From Patescibacteria group bacterium (GTDB lineage Bacteria > Patescibacteriota > UBA1384 > XYA2-FULL-43-10 > 1-14-0-10-43-13), in the NCBI GenBank assembly GCA_041671645.1, contig JBAZBD010000001.1, positions 21,561-85,560 of the forward strand: a stretch of DNA of 64,000 nucleotides, read 5' to 3'. The position numbers and the translations under genes were made by a program. The notes beneath the pieces were generated by a model. It did not search any database. It saw nothing but the letters and a program-made list of their open reading frames with translations, and was not told the origin of the DNA. Positions 46,484-54,712 of the stretch are shown here, one piece after another (within the stretch, counting starts at the first letter, position 1; each line of letters starts with the position of its first letter).

Positions 46484-47437
46484 CTAGACCGACGGTTTGA
46501 AGGTCGTAACAAAATATGGTTTAAGTTCCGGATTAAAGCTGAGCTTAAAGTCTCCTCTGTTTGGAGAATTTGCCCCGACAAAATCGACCTCGCTGAGCTT
46601 TTTATCCATTGCATCACGTACAGCATCAGCCAACAATAATGTGCCTGCGTTTAGATTGCGATAATCCGGATGATTTGCCCCGAATAAGTAGAAACCGGAT
46701 CGGTCATCAAAGATAAATAGATTGGCGGCAACCGGCACGCCGTCGACTTTGACACAGGTGAGTCTGCCATAGTGATTATCGAGGGCGCTCTTTGTGATAC
46801 TTCTCAAAAGAAGCGACTCTTTTTCATCACGCTCGATACCTTGGCGCTTAAAGGTTTTATCATGCAGGTCATCCAAAACCATTTCATCGTCAATTTCCTC
46901 GATCTTCAAATTCTCAAAAGCTTTCTTGATCTCCTGCCTTCTTACTTTTCGAATCGTGCCCAGATACTCATCAAAGCTTTCATGCTTCCGGAGATCCAAG
47001 ACGGCTGAATATCTCAACACCAGATTGTATACTCCCTTCTCCGGCTCATGATAATTGAACCATTGAAACGGCCGCATATCAACAAGGCGCCAAGAATGAC
47101 ACAGACACAATTGCCCATAGTGTTCAGTGCACTCAGCGATTAAGAATTCAGTAACCTTAAATTCCAGCGACTGTCGGCGATGTGGCTCCAAAGCTGAATT
47201 ATCAGCAAGCGACAAGCCCTGATACTCGGTGAAGGGAAATACGCCGGAGATAGGACCATCATCGCCAAATAGCACAACCAGACCGGCAACGATCTTATTG
47301 TCCTCGGCACAAGTAACAAGCTCGTATTTTGTATTTAAAGAATTTAAAAACTTTGTCGACACAAATACGCTTCTTTGTGGCGAACTATGGACAAATTCAT
47401 CCCAAAGCTCGGCACTCTCTCCGAATTTTATCTCCAT
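46484..47437 (-). CDS. FemAB/CelD-like GNAT-fold acyltransferase
   Basis: 317 aa. The C-terminal half (NLFIFDDRSGFYLFGANHPDYRNLNAGTLLLADAVRDAMDKKLSEVDFVGANSPNRGDFKLSF) resembles BioF2-like/FemAB-like acetyltransferase domains. Confidence 0.5.
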   Translation of the reverse strand: MEIKFGESAELWDEFVHSSPQRSVFVSTKFLNSLNTKYELVTCAEDNKIVAGLVVLFGDDGPISGVFPFTEYQGLSLADNSALEPHRRQSLEFKVTEFLIAECTEHYGQLCLCHSWRLVDMRPFQWFNYHEPEKGVYNLVLRYSAVLDLRKHESFDEYLGTIRKVRRQEIKKAFENLKIEEIDDEMVLDDLHDKTFKRQGIERDEKESLLLRSITKSALDNHYGRLTCVKVDGVPVAANLFIFDDRSGFYLFGANHPDYRNLNAGTLLLADAVRDAMDKKLSEVDFVGANSPNRGDFKLSFNPELKPYFVTTFKPSV

Positions 47438-47449
47438 ACTATACTCTCG

Positions 47450-48757
47450 CTAATTAGTTAACTGGCCTCTATTCTCCCAGACTTTTTTGAATGCGTTCGC
47501 CACATCATCCAGATCATCCCTCGTCATCGGCGGTCGCATTAATTCATGAGTTACCAGTAATTCGTAATGCATTTTTTCAGTGACCGGACAGATGCCTTTT
47601 TGATAAGAAACGTCATCATTATAAAAAGCACACTTCCATGGGCAGCCTTTGTCGCCATACGCTATTTTTTGCTGAAAAATCGGCTGGAGGTAGAGTGGCT
47701 TCACATAGCCTGTCCCTATTTTCACCCCCTCAGTTTCCCTCAGTTCTATGGGAGCCAGCTCTGCCTTGACGGCTTCAATAAATTTTTCTCTAGTGACTCC
47801 GGCTTTTGCCTCATCAAATTTAATCGCGTGCAGGTAAAAAACATGTTCGCTCTCCGGCCTGACCTTCGCAACCTCAAGACAGGGGATCTGATTTAGTTTA
47901 TCATTGAGATAATTAACGTTGTCAATTCGATCTTTTATCAGCCCAGCTAACTTTCTAAGTTGTACTTGAGCAATCGCTGCCTCAATCTCAGTCATCCGGA
48001 GATTGAAGCCGACCATATTTACTAAATCGCCGACACCTTTATTCTCAACAACGGCTTCAGCGTGGTTCCTTATTAGCCTGATCTTTTCGGCAAGGTCGTC
48101 ATCATCGGTCACGACGATACCGCCCTCACCAGTATGAATATGTTTATGGTAGTTCAGCGAGTAAACACCGATATCTCCGAGAGTACCGGCCCATCTCCCT
48201 TTATATTTAGCTCCTGGAGCCTGGGCACAATCCTCGATAACCAGCAGATGATGTTTCTTTGCGATTGCATTGATCTTATCAGCGTCATACGGTTGGCCGA
48301 ATATGTCGACTACAATAATTGCCTTTGTTTGTTTAGTAATTTTTGCCTCAATCGATTCGGGAGACAGACAAAAGTAGTCCTCCTCAATATCGGCAAAGAC
48401 TGGAATAGAATTAAAAATCAGAGGAGCAGTTGCAGAAGCTGACATCGTATAAGGCGAAACGATAACTTCGTCCCCTGGTCCGGCGCCAACGGCGCCAACG
48501 GCACAATAGAGTCCGGAGGTAGCAGAGTTAACTGAAATTGCATGTTTTACGTTAAAATATTTTGCCCATTTTTCCTCTAGCGCACGTACTTCTGGCCCGC
48601 CATAAAAATCCTCATGCCATGCTCCTAGAAATTTGGATAACACGCCGGACTCAATAACTTTTTTAGTTATCTCAGTCTCTTCTTGCCCCAGAACTCTATA
48701 TGCAGGAAAACTTTTGGCTCTGGTCTTCTCGCCACCGTTAATCGCTAATTTTGGCAT
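47450..48757 (-). CDS. DegT/DnrJ/EryC1/StrS-family PLP aminotransferase (second copy)
   Basis: AISVNSATSGL, VIEDCAQAPGAKYKGR and the SLNYHKHIHTGEGG catalytic Lys region. At 435 aa it is longer than the PseC-type enzyme. Confidence 0.85.
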   Translation of the reverse strand: MPKLAINGGEKTRAKSFPAYRVLGQEETEITKKVIESGVLSKFLGAWHEDFYGGPEVRALEEKWAKYFNVKHAISVNSATSGLYCAVGAVGAGPGDEVIVSPYTMSASATAPLIFNSIPVFADIEEDYFCLSPESIEAKITKQTKAIIVVDIFGQPYDADKINAIAKKHHLLVIEDCAQAPGAKYKGRWAGTLGDIGVYSLNYHKHIHTGEGGIVVTDDDDLAEKIRLIRNHAEAVVENKGVGDLVNMVGFNLRMTEIEAAIAQVQLRKLAGLIKDRIDNVNYLNDKLNQIPCLEVAKVRPESEHVFYLHAIKFDEAKAGVTREKFIEAVKAELAPIELRETEGVKIGTGYVKPLYLQPIFQQKIAYGDKGCPWKCAFYNDDVSYQKGICPVTEKMHYELLVTHELMRPPMTRDDLDDVANAFKKVWENRGQLTN

Positions 48758-49878
48758 AAACTCTGCTCCATATAATCAATTACTCTTTTCACCGGATCTT
48801 TTATTAATTTGAATTCAGCCATCTTCTCTCTTCCGCCGTTTATAGCCGATTTGATCCGGAAATTCAGGGTTCCTTGGTCTAAAATACTTCTCATTAGCCC
48901 AATCCGGTCCAGAACGAAGGGATTGTCCCCTTTGAGCCCGATCTGGATGCTGATCGTCGGTTTACCTAAAATATAAGATTCCAACAGGAACATCGAAGAC
49001 ATCCCACACACAAGATCTGATATTTTTATTAAATCTTGGGAGCAAGAATCCCGATCCAAATATACTTTTATATTATCGCTCTTCAGCTTATTGATCAACC
49101 CATCATAATAGCTTTCGTCCTCTTTGGGGTGAAGTTTTATTATCAGAGAAATTTTAAAGTTTTTCTTAACGTCCTCTATATCAGACAACGCTTCGTGCAA
49201 GCTACAAAATGTCGTGATTTCGTCATAACCAAAGTGTTCCCTAGCATCGCCATATATTTTTCTGATCGGCTCTGAAGCGTAGGTCACAACATAATTGGAG
49301 TGAGAAAGACGATATTTCTTTCTGATCTTTTCCAAAGCATGAGTATCAAATTCTCTATTCTTTAAATACTCGAAGTACGGCTGTCCAGAGACTAAAATCC
49401 GATCTACGGGCAATCCGGCCAAAATCGCCTCACTTTTAGCCAGCTCATCCATCACCAATATCTTTGATGGCAGATACTCATGCTGAGGGTTCTTCTTATA
49501 TTTATCGACATTAGAAACGCCCCATTTTGAAAAACGGATTCCGTAATTTACCCACTGATCCAGAATCGCAAATGAGGGAATGTCCATAATCATGGCCGAT
49601 GACCAAAGATATTTTTCCGTCATATCATCGGCGCTCGTACCGGTAATGATAAAATCTGGTTTTTGGATGAGAAGAAACCCCTTGATCTCTTTTGGACTTA
49701 TTTCTTTGATCTCTTCGGCGATCGGCAAAGCGTGGATTCCGTTTTGGTTAAAACGAGTCATCGCGACATCCTTGCCGAATACTACAACCTTATATCCCCT
49801 CTGTTTCAATGGTTCAAAAAGAGGAATAACCGTGTTAGCTCCGCCGGGATCTCTGGCAAACAGAAGAATTTTCTTCAC
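48745..49878 (-). CDS. GT-B-fold protein: PseG-like UDP-sugar hydrolase or nonulosonate transferase candidate
   Basis: GTG start 2 nt after the upstream stop. N-terminal KILLFARDPGGANTV (Rossmann-like). The C-terminal half has KLHPKE and, 44 residues later, GMSSMFLLESYILGKP, a generic GT-B nucleotide-binding pattern. Confidence 0.4.
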   Translation of the reverse strand: MKKILLFARDPGGANTVIPLFEPLKQRGYKVVVFGKDVAMTRFNQNGIHALPIAEEIKEISPKEIKGFLLIQKPDFIITGTSADDMTEKYLWSSAMIMDIPSFAILDQWVNYGIRFSKWGVSNVDKYKKNPQHEYLPSKILVMDELAKSEAILAGLPVDRILVSGQPYFEYLKNREFDTHALEKIRKKYRLSHSNYVVTYASEPIRKIYGDAREHFGYDEITTFCSLHEALSDIEDVKKNFKISLIIKLHPKEDESYYDGLINKLKSDNIKVYLDRDSCSQDLIKISDLVCGMSSMFLLESYILGKPTISIQIGLKGDNPFVLDRIGLMRSILDQGTLNFRIKSAINGGREKMAEFKLIKDPVKRVIDYMEQSLCQN

Positions 49879-49880
49879 CC

Positions 49881-50834
49881 TTACGATCCCTTCATATTAA
49901 TAGCCGTTTCTAGATCAGCAATGGCCTCTTTGGCTGAGCACAGAAGCGTTTCTTTTTTTGTTAAATGTGAGAATATGTTATCGGCGGCAAAGTATATAGA
50001 CCTATTTAGCGAAGTCTTGAGGTTGTTCTCCTTCACTAGGTATTTATAACCTTCGAACTCATCGCTCTTCTCTACCCGCCAAATCTCAACATCATTTCCT
50101 GAATTGCGTATCTGAATTCTACCGCTAGCAAAAAGGAGTTCCAGTTCGAAGATTGTATAGTTTTTCGAGCCTATCGCCAAGAATGCAACATTGCCTGAGT
50201 TTATCTTCAGAATACCACTCACCGATGGATCGTCAGTAGAAAAATCATTCTCTCTCGCAAAAGGTTCAAACGCACCGGCTTCCCCCAAAAACATCCGAAG
50301 AAGATCGACCATATGCGAGCCATTATGCATAACGCCCTTACCATAGTAAGCCGTACCACAGATAAAGTTACCATATTCGCCTGCCTTAACAGCCTCGGCC
50401 AAATTTATTAGTTCCGGGACAAACCGCCTAGAATAGTTGACCTGCAAGGCGATACTGCGCTCCTCACAGATTTTTACAATCTCCACGGCCTCTAGTAACG
50501 TTTTGGTAATTGGCTTCTCAGCAAAGATAGCCTTGATCGACTTGGTCATCAATGATTTTAGAATCTCCGCATGGAAATCGTCTGGCACGCAAACGCTGAC
50601 AACATCAATGGATTCTGATGAAAATGCTTCGTCAATATCCTTAAAACTACGACATCCCCACGCCTTGGCTGCTTTCGTGCCCCTCTCAGTGTCATTATCG
50701 ACAAAACCAACCAGCTTAAAACCAGGATGTTCGGTATAAGCGTGAGCGTGTGTGATGATGTTTTTGCTGTTGGGAGTATCAAAATACGCTCCAATTTTCC
50801 CAGCTCCAACAATTAAAGCTTTAAGTTTGTCCAT
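49881..50834 (-). CDS. Gfo/Idh/MocA-family NAD(P)-dependent oxidoreductase
   Basis: LKALIVGAGKIG Rossmann start and the EKP motif (IFAEKPITKT); 317 aa. It overlaps the pseF stop by 14 nt. Confidence 0.8.
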   Translation of the reverse strand: MDKLKALIVGAGKIGAYFDTPNSKNIITHAHAYTEHPGFKLVGFVDNDTERGTKAAKAWGCRSFKDIDEAFSSESIDVVSVCVPDDFHAEILKSLMTKSIKAIFAEKPITKTLLEAVEIVKICEERSIALQVNYSRRFVPELINLAEAVKAGEYGNFICGTAYYGKGVMHNGSHMVDLLRMFLGEAGAFEPFARENDFSTDDPSVSGILKINSGNVAFLAIGSKNYTIFELELLFASGRIQIRNSGNDVEIWRVEKSDEFEGYKYLVKENNLKTSLNRSIYFAADNIFSHLTKKETLLCSAKEAIADLETAINMKGS

Positions 50835-51528
50835 TATTTTCCAAAATTTTGTACTTCATCTCGGCGATCTTCCAGTCCTCCAGGGTGTCGATATCCTGAA
50901 CCTCTGATTCAGGTATCTCTACGGGGACAGCATCATCAAGAAATGATTTCTTCTGAGCCAAAAATTTTTCTGTATTATACCAGTAAAACTGGCCACTATC
51001 GTGGTAGGACGATTCCAGATCCTGCGAGTGTTTATGCATATTCTCTGGCCAAATCATTTTTAAGCGGTCCTTTTCAATTTGGAAAGCTCGCTGGATCGGA
51101 AAGCTATATTTTACGACTGCCACAACCTGATCAGCGTGATTTTCCCTTAATTTCTGAAAGCCTAATTTCAATCTTTCAGCATTTATAAACGGTGCGGTCG
51201 ACAAAATCACGCAGAAATTGTCAAAAGATTTGCCCTCCTTCTCATATCTCTTGATCACTTCCTCAAAAACATCAATGAGGTTGGCCTTGCTGTCAGAGTT
51301 CTCCCGACTTCGTAAAAAAGGAACCTTGGCGCCTGATCTTCGTGAAATCTCTGCAATCTCTTCGTCATCTGTCGAGACCATTACCTCGTCAAAACAGCCA
51401 CACTTTACGGCAGCATCGATAGAATATTTAAGAATTGGCTGACCAAGAAAATTTTTGACATTTTTTCTCGGAACTCTCTTGCTACCACCACGGGCGGGGA
51501 TAATGGCTAATGTTTTGCTCTCCATCAT
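50821..51528 (-). CDS. pseF: Acylneuraminate/pseudaminate cytidylyltransferase
   Basis: LAIIPARGGSKRVPRKNVKNFLGQPILKYSIDAA. Start at the MM codons 51528/51525 with GAGG 5 nt upstream; the ORF-track start at 51567 overlaps pseI. Confidence 0.8.
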   Translation of the reverse strand: MMESKTLAIIPARGGSKRVPRKNVKNFLGQPILKYSIDAAVKCGCFDEVMVSTDDEEIAEISRRSGAKVPFLRSRENSDSKANLIDVFEEVIKRYEKEGKSFDNFCVILSTAPFINAERLKLGFQKLRENHADQVVAVVKYSFPIQRAFQIEKDRLKMIWPENMHKHSQDLESSYHDSGQFYWYNTEKFLAQKKSFLDDAVPVEIPESEVQDIDTLEDWKIAEMKYKILENNGQT

Positions 51529-51551
51529 ATAAACCTCGGTCATGATTAATT

Positions 51552-52595
51552 CTAAATGTGCATCCAATTAAGTGGCGTACCCTTTTCTAGGTGTTTTTTG
51601 GCTCTTTTACCCAATATTGCATTGAGATGTTTCGGCGGTAACCCAAAGCCTGGCCTAACCGATCGTATGTTGTCAGTAGTAAATAATTCACCTCGTTCAA
51701 TATTCTCTGCTACAAAAAGTGACCGACAGAAATCTCGGCTCTTGCTTGCCTTTTCGGTCAATTCATAATTCACCTTGCCAAGAGATTCTTCTACTTCTCG
51801 AATAGAACTAACCATTTTGCGAAAATCTTCTGGTTCCATAGAGAAAGATGCATCTGGCCCACCAATTTTTTTATCCAATATGAAATGCTTCTCAATTATC
51901 TTTGCGCCAAGAGCACAGCTAGCGATCGGAATCGCTGAACCAATGGTGTGGTCAGATAAGCCAGCAATCGCTTTCAGCCTCCGACCGATGTCTGGGATCG
52001 TTGCTAAATTTATCTCCCTCAGAGGTGCAGGATATGACGAAGTGCATTTAAGTACTGCAATTTGGTTATTACCCATTCTTCGACAAGCGGCAATAGCATC
52101 CTCTATATCTGATAACTCCGCGACACCTGTCGCTAGTATCATCGGCTTGCCTTTCGACGCGGTATATTCGATCAACGGAATATCTGTAATTTCAAAAGAA
52201 GCAATTTTGTAAGCAGGCACATCCATTTTTTCTAGAAAATCGACAGCCGTATTGTCAAAGGGAGTCGAGAAACACTCCATGCCAAGATCATTGGCGATTT
52301 TCTTGAGCTTCGGCTGCCACTCCCATGGCATAGAGGCCTCTTCGTACAATTTATGAAGATTTTTACCATCCCAGATTGTGCCCTGCTTGATCTTGAAGTA
52401 ATCATTGTCGCAATTTAGTGTAATAGTATCCGCAGTGTAAGTTTGCAACTTTACGGCATCTGCACCTGAATCTCTCATCGCCCTAACAGTGTCCGCTGCT
52501 ATCTCGAATTTGTTTCCATGGTTGGCCGATAATTCGGCGACAATGAATGCCGGAGCTCCATCACCAATCGTTTTATTCCCAATCTTCAATCTCAT
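51552..52595 (-). CDS. pseI: NeuB-family nonulosonate synthase (pseudaminic acid synthase-like)
   Basis: FIVAELSANHGNKFEIAADTVRAMRDSGADAVKLQTY, the LKCTSSYPAP motif and a C-terminal SAF-like domain. ATGA overlap with pseH. Confidence 0.85.
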   Translation of the reverse strand: MRLKIGNKTIGDGAPAFIVAELSANHGNKFEIAADTVRAMRDSGADAVKLQTYTADTITLNCDNDYFKIKQGTIWDGKNLHKLYEEASMPWEWQPKLKKIANDLGMECFSTPFDNTAVDFLEKMDVPAYKIASFEITDIPLIEYTASKGKPMILATGVAELSDIEDAIAACRRMGNNQIAVLKCTSSYPAPLREINLATIPDIGRRLKAIAGLSDHTIGSAIPIASCALGAKIIEKHFILDKKIGGPDASFSMEPEDFRKMVSSIREVEESLGKVNYELTEKASKSRDFCRSLFVAENIERGELFTTDNIRSVRPGFGLPPKHLNAILGKRAKKHLEKGTPLNWMHI

Positions 52596-53092
52596 CGGGA
52601 TCTCTTTCTTAAATCACATTTACAGCGTAAGAATTTCTCTCCGCTTATAACACTTTCTTTCTCGAAAACGAAACCGGCATATTCAGAGTTTCTGACAGCT
52701 GCTAGATTGTTTGGTTTTATGTCACCAGTAGCAAAGCTTATTTCGGGCCGATATTTTTTTAAGTAGTCCATGCCTCTGATAAGAAGAATTTTGCCAAGAC
52801 CATATCCCCTAAACCTTTTGTGAAGACTAACACCGGTCAAGGCCTCGTCCCCTTTGAGATCAAATCTTACTTGACCAGCAAAAAGGCCCTTAGTTTCAGC
52901 GATCAGAAAAATATAATTCTTATCGCAAATTTTTCTGGCGAACCACGCCTTATGGTTCTTAAAATCTAATTTTTCTTGATTTACGGAATTTTTTCTTACC
53001 AAGGGATCATTAAAAAGATAGAAGATCTTTTTGCAATCTTTCTCGGTAGCCAACCGAAGTGTTACGTTGTCTCTAATTTCGTTTTTATCCAT
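52592..53092 (-). CDS. pseH: GNAT N-acyltransferase, PseH-like
   Basis: VTLRLATEKDCKKIFYLFNDPLVRKNS...HKAWF plus the GNAT core RFRGYGLGKILL. Start at MDKNEI (53092), 7 nt after the upstream stop. Confidence 0.65.
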   Translation of the reverse strand: MDKNEIRDNVTLRLATEKDCKKIFYLFNDPLVRKNSVNQEKLDFKNHKAWFARKICDKNYIFLIAETKGLFAGQVRFDLKGDEALTGVSLHKRFRGYGLGKILLIRGMDYLKKYRPEISFATGDIKPNNLAAVRNSEYAGFVFEKESVISGEKFLRCKCDLRKRSR

Positions 53093-53099
53093 TGCCACC

Positions 53100-53936
53100 T
53101 TAAATAATATAAGAATACGGCGCAAACTCCGCATGGTCTTTGCTAATATATCCTATAATGCCTCTTAATTCAGCGTTTGTAAATTCAATCTCATCCTCAA
53201 GATGATCTAATTTGATTGGAAAAGCTTGGATTGTTGCTCCTCGGGGAAAGGATTTGTGCTTATTTGCCATACGCAAAACCCGAGGAAAATGCGGCGAGTG
53301 AGTCACAACGCCGATTATGTCTCCGATATTGAATTCAATGTTCGGAAATTTTAAATCGGTCACCTGATCAATGGTACAAGTGATAGTTCCGTCGGGTATA
53401 CAGAGCTTCTCCTCCGGGAAATTTAGCTTGCCTATTCTGACAGCACTCCTTAAAGCTTCTATTTGTATTTTAACCCCGTTGTAGATTAGATAAGGCCCAA
53501 ATTCTCTGATAATATTTTCGACCTGTTCTTCAGTCAAACTTTTTTGGTCTTCTTCTGAGAGTCCTGAGACAGCAAGACTAATTTCCCGAATAATTTTTAT
53601 GGCGTGGTCAATTCTTTTTTTATCGGAATTGTGCGCCCAAGTTTTATCCTTATAGATAGCATCGCCTGTCAAATCAGTGATCGACTCCTGATAAGTCCCA
53701 GCCCCAGAGATCGCCCAAATCGCTTTGTATGTTTTTGGTTTTTCGTGGTCAAACTGTATCGGTTTTGAAGCTGCTTGATCCAAACTCTCAATTTCAAGAA
53801 CAACTGTTTTTATGAGATGATCGAGCCGATCCTCGTGACCACGCCAATACTCTCCATGCTCTTCAGTCGCATAGTCGAGGAGGGCCGGACTATCAATCCC
53901 TTTAGTTAATTTTGATATAGTTTTTTTCTCATTCAT
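53100..53936 (-). CDS. DUF218 (YdcF/ElyC/SanA-like) domain protein
   Basis: The block order AIWAISGAG ... RIDHAIKII ... LIYNGVKIQIEALR ... IGVVTHSPHFPRVLRM parallels the DUF218 pattern (vvLGgG..Rl..a..sGg..Ea..VTs.yH.pRa). GGAG lies 8 nt before the ATG at 53936. Confidence 0.5.
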   Translation of the reverse strand: MNEKKTISKLTKGIDSPALLDYATEEHGEYWRGHEDRLDHLIKTVVLEIESLDQAASKPIQFDHEKPKTYKAIWAISGAGTYQESITDLTGDAIYKDKTWAHNSDKKRIDHAIKIIREISLAVSGLSEEDQKSLTEEQVENIIREFGPYLIYNGVKIQIEALRSAVRIGKLNFPEEKLCIPDGTITCTIDQVTDLKFPNIEFNIGDIIGVVTHSPHFPRVLRMANKHKSFPRGATIQAFPIKLDHLEDEIEFTNAELRGIIGYISKDHAEFAPYSYII

Positions 53937-53977
53937 ATGATCGACTCCGCAATCTTTCCATACAAGAGGCATCGACG

Positions 53978-54712
53978 CTATAGCCAACCGCCGTTGATAC
54001 CGATACATTCTCCGGTAATATAGCTGCTGTCGTCAGAAGCCAAAAAAATGGCTAGTTTCGCAATTTCTTGCGGTTTGGCTAATCTGCCAAGAGCAATTTT
54101 TGGCAAAACTTTTGTTTTCATTATTTCATCTGGGACTCCGGCCACCATATCAGTTTCTGTAAAACCGGGGCAAATGGCGTTGACTGTGATACCGTATCGT
54201 GCCGTTTCCTTGGCCAGAGACTTGGTCAGGCCGATCAAGCCGGCCTTGGCGGCGCTATAGTTTGTTTGGCCGAAGTTACCGATCTGAGCTATAATGGAGG
54301 AAATATTGATGATTCGCCCTCCGCCATTTTCAACCATTTTAGGTAAAAATTGTTTGATGATGAAAAAGGGGCCGTAAAGATCAGTTTTAATCACGGCGTC
54401 CCAATCCTCGAGAGACAACTTCAATAGCGTTCTATCTCTAGCAATACCAGCATTATTTACCACAACATCCACCTGGCCAAATTGATCCAGAATTTTCGCG
54501 CAAGCTTTTTCTACTTCTTCGTAGTTAGCTACATCAAAGTAGAATATGGAGCTCTTGGGAGAAATTTCTTTGACCTCAGCGACGGTCTGCTTGGAAGCGT
54601 CGTTTTCTTTGGTTCCCGTCATCGCTATTGTATAACCATTTTTCGCGAACTCCAGGGCCATACTTTTGCCAATTCCTCTGGTCGATCCAGTGATAACAGC
54701 AATCTTATTCAT
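53978..54712 (-). CDS. SDR reductase, PhaB-type acetoacetyl-CoA reductase / FabG-like
   Basis: ITGSTRGIGK, NNAGIARD and ISSIIAQIGNFGQTNYSAAKAGLIGLTKSLAKE. The FGQTNYS.AKAG block is closer to the PhaB sequences I recall than to E. coli FabG (GQANYAAAKAG). 8-nt overlap with the thiolase gene. Confidence 0.85.
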   Translation of the reverse strand: MNKIAVITGSTRGIGKSMALEFAKNGYTIAMTGTKENDASKQTVAEVKEISPKSSIFYFDVANYEEVEKACAKILDQFGQVDVVVNNAGIARDRTLLKLSLEDWDAVIKTDLYGPFFIIKQFLPKMVENGGGRIINISSIIAQIGNFGQTNYSAAKAGLIGLTKSLAKETARYGITVNAICPGFTETDMVAGVPDEIMKTKVLPKIALGRLAKPQEIAKLAIFLASDDSSYITGECIGINGGWL

